64,000 bases of DNA, from positions 5,569,991 through 5,633,990 of the forward strand of contig CM119271.1 of the NCBI GenBank assembly GCA_051294375.1, written 5' to 3'. Both the position numbers and the translations under genes were made by a program. The stretch is from Paraspadella gotoi. Taxonomy: Eukaryota > Animalia > Chaetognatha. The notes below the pieces were generated by a model. That model did not search any database and was not told the DNA's origin. It worked only from the letters and a program-made list of their open reading frames with translations. Below are positions 1 through 28,931 of the stretch, in pieces. Position 1 is the first letter of the stretch; the number at the start of each line of letters is the position of its first letter.

Positions 1-3000
1 AGCGTTCTCTGTCCTTTACTCAGTTTGATCATCTTCTTTTTTCTCATAAAATCCTGGACGACGTTTTGCATGATTTCGTCCGCGTTGCGATCTTCTTTCG
101 TTCCCGAACGCTCCTTCTGTCTTCGCCCACCGCCGTCCTCCTGCAGCTCCTGCTGCTGCTGCTGCTCCTCGATCGACTGTCCCCGTTGACGCTGCTGCTG
201 TTGCGGTTCCAGCATGTCGACGGATAGAGATAAAGGCCTTCGTACTAAAACGTAAAAAAAAAAAATTAAATAGAATCGATCAATCAAATCAACGAGCAAC
301 GTCGCCACGAACCGTTTTTGGCCCAAACTGCGAGCTTCGGTGCCAGGGAATCGCCGACACCGCCGCTGCTGGTCTTGCCGCTCCCGACGTCGCCGCCGCT
401 GACGACGCCGCCCCCGGCGACGCTGTTCTTGCTGCCGAGGCTGCCGACGCCGCCCCCACCGATTGTGTCGCGGACGAGAGTGTGGAGGCCCGTGTCGCTG
501 TCAAAAACTCCGCGAGTGTCGATCGGAGTCAAGAGATTGGAAGAAACAAGTCGCGGCAGACTAGGAAATGCGAATGAGAATATATATAAAATATATATTA
601 AAAGATGAAAAACGGGGAAAAAATAGTATTAACTTTTGTGTGATTCTCAATCTGACCTAATCGGGTTAGAGGAAACATTCATCGAGCTGGACTTGCGAAT
701 TAACTGGATAAAGAAATAAGATAGAAGGGGTTTTCAAATTTAAATTTATAAATAAAAAGCTTATTTTTTTCAAAATCTCAAATTTATTAGCAAATATCAC
801 TAATATTTACGGTAGGAAATGCAATTTGAAAATGGCATACAATAATTTGTTTTAATACGCTTCAATCGCGTAATTGTGTAATTTTTAAAAACGAGCAATA
901 ATTTATACATCCTATTTTTAAGACAGCTCACTACTATAGTATGATTTAGTCGTAATTTAAATAAAAGTTGGTTAAACAGACTAACCAATCTCCAAATAGA
1001 CTTATAACTAAAAACAAGATTGGTTCATCCAATGTGTTGCGCCGGAGTGACTTTGTTTTCATGTGTACTTCTAGTGACATGAAATGACATGACCTGACAT
1101 GACAGCACTCGACTTTACATGACTACATGACTACTATAACTTTCTTAGCCTGTCTATTTTTTTTTAAACGTCAAGTATGAAATGTAAGCAACCTTCAAAA
1201 ATCAAAATCAAAAACCATAAAATGTGTTACAGAAAAGGGCATCGGGACCACAACAATGCTAATAATAGAAATAAAAACTACAATCAACAATCAATATATA
1301 TATATATAAGCACGCAAATCATCAAAAAAGAGATACAAATAAAAACAAAAAGAGACGCTAACAAGAAAAAACAAAACTAAAGATGCTAATAAAAACAAAA
1401 AGAGACGCTAACAACAAAATGAGATGCTAACAAATACACAAATACACAAAAACACAAATATAGCCTGTCCAATGTCCATTTATGACACGCATTGCATTGG
1501 AATTCCATCTTTATAGTTTTAGGATATCCTGAAAGCGGCGCAAGCAGTTCCTTAGATTTGAGGTTTTTTTTCTGTCTTAAGAAATTAGCAACTAACTAGA
1601 GGCAAGTTATGTGTATTTTTAACGTAAGTGGGACAGACGGACGGACATACCGACCGACAGATCGACCGACCGACCGAAAAGTGACTTATAGTGACATATA
1701 TATATAAAACAAGCAAAACTTGCGGGCGCGAACCCTAAACCTTCTCCGCTGCGACGTCTCCAACGGCGTCTCCCGTCTCCTCTTCCCTCTCCTCCTCTTC
1801 CTCTTTCTTCTCTTCCTCCTCCTCTTCCTCCCTCCCGTCCTCTTCCTCCGGCAGATCCACCTCCACGTGAAGATGTTGACGATTCGGTCCCTCGAAGGAC
1901 AGAGTCGACGCCGAGGGACGCCGGTGCGATTTAGGCGCCCCCTGCAGCGTCGAGACGGAAGCGGGCGTGTCCCCGAAACCGACGCCGCTGCTGACGCGAG
2001 CGACGCCGGAGAGACGAGCGGAGACGATGGCGTCGCGACGAGACGACGCCGAAAATCCCTTTCCCGATCCTCGGGATAATTTGGAGGACGCCGATTCTTG
2101 GAGGCGAAGAGTTGGATTTTTTTTTAAATTTTGAATTCGATTACAAAAAAAATAATTATTACTTTCGCAAATTTTTGATTCGGATTTTTGCATCGCAATT
2201 GATTTCGATTTCAATTCAGACCCAAATCGATCGTAGATATACCAAAATGTAAGAAAAAATAACAACAACGACATATCACAACCAAACCACACTGAGCCAC
2301 ACTAAATCGCACTTAACCACCACAACCAACCCCTCTTCTTCTTCTTCCTCGACGACGCGTCCCTTCTTCCCGATTTGGTTAAGCCAACTCTCGCGTCGCC
2401 GACTCCGCTCACGATCGACGCCGACGACCGCACCGGCGCGCCGACGCAGCCGCTGACGACGACTCCGCTCAGGCTGCTGATGCCGCCGCGTCTGACGGGA
2501 CTCTCCGTGGTTTCGCTTCGCCGAGGAGATTGAGCAGAATCTGGGAAGGGGATGTTAATTTGGACGCACGAAATTACGAATGTTTAAACTGTCGTTGATG
2601 TACCCGTAATGTACATTGTACACGTATACGAGGTGTTTTATTCAGATCAGACATCATGAAACAGATGCGTGCAAATATAAACAATTACAGTAAATAAATG
2701 TAACATAACAAGACAACGGAGGGACATGTGTGATGCATGGGGTGTGAGGCATCTCCCGACAGCTGGCGCTCAGGGCTTTGGACCTGCAGTGACCACCACC
2801 AGTGGCGTGTTTATGCCGACACCATCACACTTTAACCAGCGTGACCGTGAGGGGATTGAACCCGGAACTCACGGTTGGTGAACGAGTACTTAGCTGTCCA
2901 AGCCAATGGGACGAGCTGAGTTTCACCAAGCTATACGGGAGGCGAATTTAGGTTTCGTCACAACATTATATTTTGTATCAACCTTTTCGAGACTCGACGC

Positions 3001-6000
3001 CCATCATCGAGTGCCCTTCGTCCACGGTTCCACCAGCCGCCACTGAGAGGACTGTATCCCGCCTTAAGGCCATCTGCGAGGGCTGAGTAGCGCCCTTGTC
3101 CCTGTGAGGCTGATTGGCGTTCCCTAGTCGCTTGATTCGAGTATTCACAGCGTTGTGTCCGAAATGGTGCCACCCGCTGTGAGATGAATGGGCGTGGCCC
3201 TGATGGGGCTGTTGTTGTTGTTGTTGACTCAAACGAGAATCTGAGAAAAAAAATGGCGGCAAGGGGTTTAGAAATACGAGGACCGGCAAGTTTATGATGT
3301 GATGCGTCGTTGTGACTTTCTTAAAATGATCTTGTGACAACACAAGTATGCACATTGCACAACAACCTTCTACACGGATTTCAAATGGGAGTGAAATGAA
3401 AATAGTTGTTATAACTCTTAACTGACAGAAAGTGATTCATATTTGTTCATTTCATTAGTTAGAAAATTCCTAGACGTTTATGTTTATTATACTTTACATT
3501 ATAACAACTTGTGCGCTTGACTTCCAGCAGCTTTTTTTGCGACATTTCTCCCCTCTTATTTGATAGTTCTATTTTAAATTTATTATGAAAAATATCGAGC
3601 TAAAAATATTAATTTCTTTTACATTCATTAGTTAGTATAATATCTTGGGAGCACGAAACGAAATTCTTATTAATATTTTTATTATTAATTTTTATTTTCT
3701 ATAAGTTTTAACTAGAAAAACTACAAAATTAAAATGGCTGTCATTGTGGTTGTAAAAAAGATTTGACATTCTGACTGCTCAGGCACATACTCCAATGTCT
3801 ATACATATCTGTAAGATGAACCAAAATTTTTCAACGTTTAATTATTTTTAGAAAAATATATCTTATAACAAAAAGTTCCTTTTCAAATGGAACAAATTTC
3901 TTTTTTTGAATTTCTACCATGTCATGGATGAGCATATCACTAAGAAAATAAGCAAGCTGGACTACTGGGGGTTGGAAAACACCAGAGTGCAAAATTCCAA
4001 GTTGCTATAACAAATTATTTAGCCATAGTATTTCTTTTCATTTCATTCCCATTCGAAATCCGTGTATATTGGTTTACGCCTTGTCCGTAATCTGTTTCCG
4101 CATGGACCGCATGGACTCTAAAGCTCACATGACGGCATTTAACCTCTTTAACTAATATGACGCATCGCAGCGACAACAACTTTTCCGTCATGGAATTTAC
4201 AGTTGTAAATTAAGGAGACCAAAGAGGGTAAAGTATATTAAGAATTGAGAAGTGAAATTGGGGGGGAAAAATGGAAAGTGAAGATTGACTCAGAGGACCT
4301 CCGCTCGACACTTGAATTCTCCCAATGTCGTCTTCAAAGCATTGGGTTCCTCCCTGCAGAAGTGTAGTTAAATAGTAGTAGTAATTCGCAGAATGGACAA
4401 AGAGTGAGAAAAATGGCTGTCAAAAAGACAGGGAGACAGACGGATAGAAACTCGGTCATACCCTTACGCGCAAAAAAAGCGAGAGAGACGGACAGACCGA
4501 TTTACTAAGGGAAAGGGCCCTGATACACAGATAAAGACTAAAAGAGACAAAACGGACAAAGCCATTCCGGCCTCTCCGAGGCCCCGCTCGACCGACGTCC
4601 CGATCTATGACGCTCCACCCACGACGCCACCCTCCGATTCCGGTTGTGCGCCTCCCGCTCGTCCTCGGCCTCGATGAACTTCTTCAGATTCGCTTCTTCT
4701 TCGAGGCGACGCGCGGCTTTTTGGAGGATGAGGTCGTCCATTTTGGAGGAGGCGGGCGGAGGGCGGGAGGAAGGAAGTATCTGGGAGGAAGGAATTAGGT
4801 TTTGAGGTAAGGAAGAGTAAGTAATTGTGGGGGAGGGGGCGTAAATCAGTGGAGTAACGATGCGCGTATTATTGCCATTCGAAATACAAGCGTATCATGG
4901 GTACACTATCAAATATTGACTAAAATGACAATCGCATTATGAATAGTAGTAGATCGAACAGTTCCAGAAAGCAAACTCATTTAGTCAAACGCGCTACTTC
5001 TATCAAATTGATATCAATAATATGAAAAAAATATGATGGGGGGGAAAATCTAGTTTAGCGCATCCCAAGTTTTCAAGGAGCCAAAAAAAAAGCGAAAACA
5101 TGAGCCAATGAAGAATCTATAATAGGCGACAAGATTCTTTTTAGCTCACGCCTACTAGATCGCTCTCTCTCTCTGTCTCTCTCTCTCTCTTTAAGCATCT
5201 CTCTCAACACTCACTCTTACTCACTCCCTCGGGTTCTGTCTACCTATCAAACTCTCTCTCTCTATCACTATCACTCATCTTCTCACACTAAAAAACACTC
5301 TCTCTTTATCTCTCTCCCTCTCTCGTTCAATTTTCACCTTCCACTAAAGAATTCCATTTTCTTTTTATAAATTGAGAGTAAAACTGACAAACGTGAAGAT
5401 TGATTCTGTTGCCCGAGTTTAAAATAAAGCGTCAATTTCCTACCAAGATGTAGCGATAAACTTTTAAAAAAATAATTTTACAATACTTCTTAAAAATAAT
5501 AGTAATAATAGTTTGTTACTTTAAGATTACTCGCCGATTTTATTATTTTTGCACTCTCCATGACAGGACCGTTACATCTTTCTAGTTTCTTATTTCTACC
5601 CTTCTCCTTTGCCTCGACAAATCAAACTACCGACAATTTTCTTTCTTCCTCTCTCTCTCTATCTCTCTCTCCCACCAAACTGGCAACAGTCTTCTTCTCC
5701 TCCTCCAAAATTTCCTCCAACTTCTCGAGTTCCTCGTGAGAGACCCGCTGCAAAGACGAGAGCAGGAGTTCCGAGTCGATCTGACTCAGTTGACTGTAGA
5801 CCGGACACTTTGATCGGAGAAGCTCGTCCGCGGGTGTCCTGTATTGAAGGGAGAATGTTCCCAGCTGTTGAAACCTAGTCATCTAAAATGTTGTCTATTA
5901 GAGCTAATGTGATAAAGACGTGAAATTTTTTTTCTCTTGCGGCAAACTTTGTCCTTACCCGTTCAGCCGACGTCTCTTTACATCTTTGTCCATTGTCTTC

Positions 6001-6008
6001 TCTTCCAT
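1..6008 (-). CDS. Multi-exon gene for an uncharacterised low-complexity (Ser/Gly/Gln/Glu-rich) protein; 3' end lies beyond the window
   Basis: Phase-compatible GT-AG exons: ~5959-6008 (MEEKTMDKDVKRRRLNG), ~5680-5875, 4780 down to an uncertain donor, ~4299-4353, ~2983-3240, ~2331-2540, 1741-~2096, ~657-704, ~300-560, and 1-244 (open to the edge). The junction near 4350-4560 is ambiguous. No domain recognised. Confidence 0.6.
1031..1691. mobile_element. Helentron-associated non-autonomous element (HINE/DINE-1/pearl-like), interrupted by an insertion at 1155-1460
   Basis: Shares AATGTGTTGCGCCG end, (CATGA)n, GGCGCxAGCAGT core, (GACC/GACA)n and GACTTATAG with the copies at 33748-34074 and 44574-44922. 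Confidence 0.65.
2710..2962 (-). mobile_element. Diverged tRNA-carrying LTR-like element (distant relative of the 257-bp Helenus-like family)
   Basis: Colinear similarity to 39955-40211; TGTGACG terminus; A-box-like TGGCTTGGACAG and B box GGTTCAATCCC on the minus strand. TSD not clearly preserved. Confidence 0.6.
3373..4064. mobile_element. MITE with TA flanks (Tc1/mariner type)
   Basis: TIRs CACGGATTTC(A/G)AATGGGA(G/A)TGAAATGAAAA at both ends, each flanked by TA. Confidence 0.8.
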
Positions 6009-6389
6009 ATTATTTCTTATTATTATTTATTATTTCTTATTTCCTTCATGAGTAACAACTTTCATTATTTTTTTTTTACGATAAAGTTAGATTGTTGCAT
6101 TTTCTTTTTTAGTAGTCAATCTAAAATGTGTCAAGGAAAAGTATTCGAACTTATGAATAACTACGACGTCCACTAGGCGGCTCTCAAACTTTTGTAACGT
6201 GTCTCTACTAACGTATTCCATCTAAGTCAATTAATTCAAAATCAGAAAAGTTTTTTTGGGATATCAACATTTATTTGATTATTAAAAATACATAGGCATG
6301 CAGTTCCGCATCCCTAATTAAAATAAAATCAACGAATAAGTCTACTTCACATATCAAAAGAGCGCCAAGTAATCGAGTAATTTTAAACA

Positions 6390-9300
6390 TTATTTCAAAC
6401 GCTCATAGTGAAACGTCAACATCTGAGTGATTTTTTCCGCAAAGACGATGTATTTTCGCTTTTCTTCATTTTCTTCTTCGCTCAATAATTTCTCCGGTTG
6501 AAAATCGTTGATGATTTTCAGCAAAGTCTTCTTAATTGATTGGTTCGCATCTTGGTCAGGTCTCTTCTTGCAGATTTCCTTTCGAAAACAGAAGTCAAGT
6601 AAGTAACAATTAAAGTCGTAATGAAATTTAAATCATGAAACGAACGATTAAGTCGCTACCTCGAGGTTTTTTAGGTCCGCCGGTACTTTAAATTTTAGCC
6701 TCTTTTTTGGCTTTTTCGGTGGATATTTTTCGTAGAGAAATTTTACCAACGCTAATAAGCTTGAGTTGGCATCTTGAATTTTCTTGATATCCCCCTGTTA
6801 AAAGTGCATATATATACCAATGCTCAAGCAAGTTAGATTCGAGAAGACATAGCTAATTAATATTTTATAGTATTCCAACGATCTATATATATTTATAATA
6901 TTACTAAAATTTAGTAAAACAAGTAATCTTGCAATTTTTCATATATATTGTTATATAAATATATGCGAAGAGTGTCGATCGAAAGACAAAATCTCTTAGT
7001 TTCCCAATAGAGGTTCAATATTCATTACCTTCAACTTTATCCGAAAGGAGCTGGACCCTCCACGTATAAAATTTACCTCCAAAGCGTCCAAATATTTTTG
7101 TTTGATCTTCTGTTGTTCTTGCTTGTCACGCAAACTCTCTTTTCTCTGGAAATTCTGCAGAGACTCGAGTGTGTCTTTATACCAGAGTTTCGTCATGAAC
7201 GTCTTAGGTTTGGCTGCTTCGGTAAGTTGCATCACCTTGAAGTAATAAAACTTTGCACGAAACATGAAAAAATGTAAGCAAGACGAATTCGTATTGCTTA
7301 CTTGCATGTAGTACTCTTTAGCTTTAACGCTCAGTTTGAACACATTTTCGTGAATATAGCCAAGGTAATGGCAAGCAATCGCTTCTTGCTCCAGTTCGCA
7401 GCCTGAATTAGAAAGCGTTTGTCATGCCACGTCATTGGGGTGTTATTTAAAATATCCGTTTGCTTAAAAGTTTTTTCCCCAAGTCAAATCTAGTCCAGCA
7501 TTCAAACTGTTCAATCGATTGGTTCACTAATCGATACATTCAAAAGTTATATCATTGGAAGTCTCAATTTCCTCACCGCGGGAAAGTAAAGCGGCGCTCT
7601 TGAATCTGTCCATAATTTCAAAGATGGCGACCGTGTTGAGATCTTCCTTTTCGAAGAGATACTCGCTCAACATGTCCTCCGCTACGAAGTTCGCTTGCGT
7701 CGATTCCGCGATCGATATTTCAAGATCCACGTCGCTCTTTAAGACCCTGATGTCCGTTTGTAGGATTTCATCTAAAAATTATTTAAATTATTTAAATCTT
7801 ATTCGAAACTACATCGTTAATAATTAATTATTAATTATAATATTCGTCCAAAAAAACTCTAATGGCTTCACCAGATTTATCCACAAACATCTCGGCGTCT
7901 TGCAAGGGTCGCCAGCATTCCTTGAGCCAATAGAGGGCTTCTTTGAAGTCTTCCTTCTCTCTGGATCTTATGGCTTCGTGGAACATGTCTTCAGCCAAAC
8001 CAAAAACGGGCTTTACCACGCCGCTTTTGATTTCGACATTTTCGAACAGTTGGTAGATATAAGCGAACCGTTCCTTGTTTAGAAAATAAAGATTTAAAAT
8101 AAAACAAAACGGATAATGGCAGTTTTCTTGAAAAAAATTGAAAAAGAGATTATGATTAGTTCCAAGCTAAAAAACTTAAACAAAAAATCAAAATTTTAAT
8201 AACTTATTTTACCTTCAAATTTAGGTTAAGTTCCGAAACGTCGCTAAAAACTGAAAGGATGATTTCATCAACTTTTCGAATCCAAACTTGGTCTTTACAA
8301 GAGCCCGGCTGTCGCCCCTCCAAGGAGCACCGTGACAAATATTTGATGGCTTCTTTCTGATAGAACTGGACTTCTTTTCGCGATCGTTCCGTGTTCGCCT
8401 CGATCTTTTGGGAGATTCGCCAGTAGGTGACCCCGAGGTTTTTATTCGCGGAACTGGAAGACGAAACGAAAATGAGATTGATCAGGGAAAAGTAATCAAC
8501 CCCGAAACTACCCCGTGAGCCAAATCCAATGATACAAAATAAACCAATGCCGTATTTTACTGTATTGAGATGGACTAAATTAAATCTTTTTATTTGGTTG
8601 ATAAATCCTTGACGTTTTTTTTTTATAAATTATATTTTAATTAATCATCATTATAACAACTTTAAATCTATTTTCCAGTAAAATCCCCAAGTTGTCTGCG
8701 AAACGCATTTGTTAAAAATCAGTTACAATGAATAATTTTCCATTAGGCTTTTAGGACCCTAGTACAGATATAATTCAAATCTTTTACCCACTACAAAGTC
8801 CATAAACCTTTGGTTGTCTGGAAGGGTGACACACCAGCCTTTATTGAAATAATTTTGGCAGGCTGACACAACCATGACCAAGATTCCTTGTCTGTGGCAA
8901 AAGGATTATTGGCACATGGGTACCCACTAGGCCGGAACAGGTTGAAAACTAGAAGTTCTCTCAAATAAATAACGGTAAAGTGACTGTTAGAGAATATGAA
9001 AATAAAAATAATTTTAAAAAAAATATTTAATTAATAAGCGCACGGAAGCCTTTAAAGATTATTTTATTACTAAATAAAGTTAAAAATTTTTTTTTGAATT
9101 TGTCAATTTTTTTTGATAGATTCTGATAAAGCTTTAAAAGTTAGATAAAGGTTATTAATAAAAATTTTTACAATTTTTTTGTTTTATTGGTAAAAATTTT
9201 AAAAAACCATAAAATTCAGCCAATGATGATGATGATGATGATTTTTTAACGTTTTTTTTTGTTTTTAACCAATTTCTTGTCAAAATTTTAAAAAATTGAA

Positions 9301-10409
9301 GTACTAACTTTCATTTAACTTTTCAAGCCCTATAAGAATCCATTCTTAAAAAATATTTTTTAAAAAAAAATTTTTTGTCATTTGTTATATATTAATAAAT
9401 ATTTAAAAGCTTTAGTGCAACAACCCAATGAACTAATTCAAAAAGGTGCATTAAAAATCGATTTAATAATAGAAGGAAAAAAGAAATTTTTTTGAGAGAA
9501 TTAGAAGTTATAAAAAGTGTTCAATTTTGGCCCGCCTTAGTACCCACTGCCTAGCATTATCCTATCTTTCCTGAAAAAAAACTGAAAAAGCAGGATTGGG
9601 TTTTGTTAAGACAATGGTCAATTTTAAAGGATAGTTAGTTTAAGCAAAATAGAGTGGTCAGTGCATCAGTGCAGTTTTTACAGAAAAAAAAAAAGTTCTA
9701 AAAGTGGGCAGATTCCTTAGCCTTCCTGAGTTTCCATCTAATGACATCTTAATATTTTCTGGTGGTGATTCATCACTGGAAAGGTATGGGAGCAGGAACC
9801 AAAGCTTTTATCAGTATTCGACTTAATGATGAAAAATCAGAATTGCTTTTGGATAAGGTTTTTTACTTTATGATGAATAATTGTTTCTCGCGAATTTTTT
9901 GTAATTGTCTGAAAAGCATTTTGAAAAAGTTTTACACATTTTTAGCATTGTTTTGGAATTTTAGGAAGATTTAGCAATGTTTTAATTAAAAATATAGTAT
10001 AATTATGAAAAGTATATGCAGGAAATAAATATTAATTACTATAACTTTAATATTATTTTAAAAAATTATTTAACGCTTAGTTACTAAATAATCATCAAAA
10101 TATTTCATTATTAAAAAACGTGTAACTTTATAAAATATACTATTAGAAAGTAAATACAGACCTCATTTCTTCCAAATTAGTCCCTGCCAACCGGGCCGCT
10201 TTCTCGTAAGCCGCCGCGGCTTTGACGAGCCTGGCTTTGGAGATCACAGGACTAAGGCCTTTTTCGACGCCGCGCGTGAAGTCTTCGTTGCCCTCGAGCC
10301 GACATTTGACCGACGGGGAAATCGACGACGAAGACGACGAAGAAGACGACGAAGAAGACGACGAAGAAGACGACGACGAAGAAGACGACGAAGAAGACGA
10401 CGTTTCCAT
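6390..10409 (-). CDS. Helical TPR-like protein (~489 aa) with N-terminal poly-Ser and C-terminal J-domain-like helix pair
   Basis: Eight phase-consistent GT-AG exons: 10162-10409, 8213-8453, 7872-8073, 7577-7771, 7302-7402, 7077-7235, 6660-6794, 6390-6578. TPR-like motifs GNEDF...YEKAA, NKNLGVTY, EAIACHYLGYIH; C-terminus KKTLLKIINDFQPEK...FAEKITQMLTFHYERLK. Confidence 0.85.
8750..9960 (+). pseudogene. Possible heavily decayed Tc1/mariner transposase relic, split by the hAT MITE
   Basis: Only faint traces of DDE-type motifs (W-V-x-x-DN near 9595-9620; a decayed FxW-like stretch near 9750-9790); no intact ORF. Confidence 0.25.
8928..9539. mobile_element. hAT-type MITE, family TAAGGCGG
   Basis: Ends TAGGCCGGAACAGG / GGCCCGCCTTA; exact 8-bp TSD GTACCCAC at 8920-8927 and 9540-9547. 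Confidence 0.9.
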
Positions 10410-10844
10410 TTTTACTTCATTGACGAAGAAATAAAATTTTTAGTTCCGGTTCTCTTAATTTCTATTCGATTGCGCAATATATTTTTTTTTTTTGGCGATC
10501 AATTCGCGCGTATTATTCTTATCGAGTTTGACGATAGGAGTTAAACGGTTAATCATCGACGAAAAAGAATTTTAACTGATCCGATTAATTTTTTGCAAAA
10601 TTAAAGGTTAATTTTGACATTTTCTAATTACAGTTGTTTGTTTTTTTGGCCCAAAAATCTTTTGTTTGCTTGGAGTATGATTGTTTTCCACCTGAGACGC
10701 TGTCAAATACTTGGTTTCTGCTCTTTGGCAGGATCGAGCAGCAGGATCGTGGCGCTCGAAAAACAAAGTTGTTTATACTTGGAGATTTTACCTTAGCAGC
10801 CGGATCGTGGGGTAAAAGAATAGAGAAGCAAAGACCGTATTATT

Positions 10845-11405
10845 AACAGCAGGATTGGATTGATTGGCTCTCAAGTATTTTTTACTGCAGGATTAATTTT
10901 CGTGGCAGGAATAAAAAAAAAATGGGCTAAATTTTACTTTCGCCGACCGCGGTTATGGCGGCTTTTAAAAAAACTATTTTAAAATATTTATTTTTTTTTT
11001 TAAATTTAAAAAAAATATTACGTAATTACCCAAACTTTTTTAACCTTAACTACACCTAACCCTAAACTACCTTTAAATCACCTTTAACCCTAACCCCTCC
11101 CTAACCCCGGTCGGCGAAAGTAAATGTAACCCAAAAAAGGCTTGGTGGGATTTTTCTAGGCAGGAATGACTTTTTGCTGGCAGGATCAGTCATTTTTCGA
11201 ACAAAGGTTGAGGAAATATTAGCAGGATTTTTTTCTCACTGCACAAAATACAAATAATTCCCTTTTAAGTTTTTAGTAAAATAGTCCTGCTGGGAGAGAT
11301 TAATCTTGCTATGAGAAAAAAATCCTGCTAATAAGTTTTTTTACGCTTTTGTTCGAAAAATGACCGAACCTGCCAGCGAAAAATCATTCCTGCCATGAAA
11401 ATTCC
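10845..11405. mobile_element. GCAGGA-repeat foldback element(s) with a nested MITE (10924-11133) containing (CCTAAC)-like repeats
   Basis: GCAGGA motifs invert to TCCTGC. Inner TIR TTTACTTTCGCCGACCG / CGGTCGGCGAAAGTAAA; a related end occurs near 47520-47712. Confidence 0.6.
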
Positions 11406-11419
11406 TCTTTAACTAAGGA

Positions 11420-11520
11420 TAGCCTCACTCAATGGGGTGAGTCAAAAATTTAGAATGATTACATGCTCAATACGAAAATTTATACATTTTGAAGTATACT
11501 TTCAATGGACAAAACATTTC
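11420..11520. repeat. Dispersed repeat (probable transposon end), second copy inverted at ~51850-51948
   Basis: About 100 bp near-identical: CAATGGGGTGAGTCAAAAATTTAGAATGATTACATGCTCAA...TTTCAATGGACAAAACATTT. Confidence 0.75.
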
Positions 11521-12837
11521 TTATGTGGCTCTATACCCAAATAATTATTTTTTTAATATTATTTATAAATAGAAAAGGCCAAAATTTTTTTTATAATTTT
11601 TAAATTTTAAGACCAGATTCGATAGCTCATAAAAAGTTGTCTACACAAAGTATAATTCTTTTTAAATATTTTCATGGTAAGTGAGTCAAAAATAAAAAAA
11701 ACCGTAAAAAATCATCATCATCATCATCTTTCGATGATTTATTCAGTTTTTTTATATTTTCACATAGAAAACATAAGAATTTTTAAAAGCTGTATTTATA
11801 TTTTCTTGTTTAACTTTTTATGCTCTATCAGAATCCATCAAAAAAATTTAAAGATTTAAAAAAAAAATTATAATGTAATTATAATGTAATTATTTTTTTG
11901 AAAATGATTGCTTAAATATTTAGTCAAAACAATTTTATATTATAACAGATTAATGGATAACGGTTAATCATCAATGAAAAATAATTTTAACTGATCGATT
12001 AATTTGGTAAAATTAACGGTTAATTTTGACATTTACTAATTACAGTTTTTTTGTTTTTTTTTTTTGCCCAAAATTATTTTGTTTTCCCCGAGTACGATTG
12101 TTTTCAAATCAACAAAACAAAAATCTTTGTTTCCTAAAGTCCGCTTCAGGAACCAAGACCAAGAGTTAAGAACGCGGTTGTGTTCTCAAATAGAATTTTA
12201 ACCATGAATGACGATAAAGTCAAAAAAATGTATTTATTATTTATTTAATTTTATTTCTTTGAAACTGGCGAGCTTTACGGAAGATACCCTAGAGCCAAGG
12301 GATCTAAAATTTTCAAATTATTTTAAAATAATTCTTAATTTGACCTGAATAATCAATGCAGATAATGAAGCACCGACGACCATTAGATTCAGTGTATCGA
12401 GTAAAAAGAGGTTCACTGTTTTTCCTGTCTAATTTGAACAATCGATAAAAGGATTCAACCTTCGTTTCATTTCAAAACTAAGAAATTGGTTGAACTTGGA
12501 AATAAAAATAATAGGGAATATTTGCAAGATTTTTTATTATTTCTGTTGGTTAAGTTACAATACATCATAATCGTAACAAACAATAATTTACGGCTTCATG
12601 AAGAGGGCAGCCAAAATTACTAAGAAAAGCTAAAATACACATTTCACAAGATCGATCAAAGTTTCAAAGTATGTTTTTAAATCTATATTGAACTAGACGG
12701 TTCTCGTTGTACCAGAAAAATAGGTTTATTATAGCAGGGCAAGTATTCACGAAACGTCAAATAACAAAATAAAATTATATATTTGTTTTCGTATAATAAA
12801 GTCTTGATAGATTTGAATAACCTACATATTACATAAT

Positions 12838-12902
<65 letters not shown>

Positions 12903-13375
12903 TCTTCGAAAATCAAAACCTGCTTATGGTGCGAAAATAATCCCATGAGCTCTTGACGAATGACGCCGTTTGCCAGCGGAAGTAAAGACGATCTATTTTC
13001 ATAGAATTAATCCGTGAATTTTTCCTCCCTTTTCTCTTTTTTTCTTTTCTTTCACATTTCATTCAAATTGTTTTTTATTGGCTGTCATTAGTTTCCCTTC
13101 AAAAAACGTTGTCCTTGGGAGAAGATATTCGAGGGCATCATTCTATGATTGGCCGAGAGGGCGAGACAAATGATTGTTTCATCGACGCTTTGGTTTGTGT
13201 AAGGGGGGGGGATTCCTATCGGCCGGGAAATTAACAATGTGGAACTACAGGCGATTCTAATGTTAGTCTGTTTTCCGTTTCCGATTTCGTTTGCTCAAGC
13301 CTTTTTACGCCCAATCTTCAATACGTATTAATTTTTGCTCAGATTGTTCAGTTGTTTAGTTTATGTTCGTTGGTA

Positions 13376-28931
<15,556 letters not shown>

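Larger units (their letters stand above)
10541..12105 (+). repeat. Diverged ~140-bp direct repeat (10541-10670 and 11958-12105)
   Basis: Both copies read AACGGTTAATCATC...TTTTAACTGATC...GGTTAATTTTGACATTT...GCCCAAAA...GAGTA(T/C)GATTGTTTTC. Confidence 0.75.

Noticed and set aside
11040-11107. Interstitial telomere-like (CCCTAA) repeats (also ~42735 and ~47665)
   Set aside because: Short, degenerate and mostly internal to a MITE family; no evidence of a chromosome fusion.
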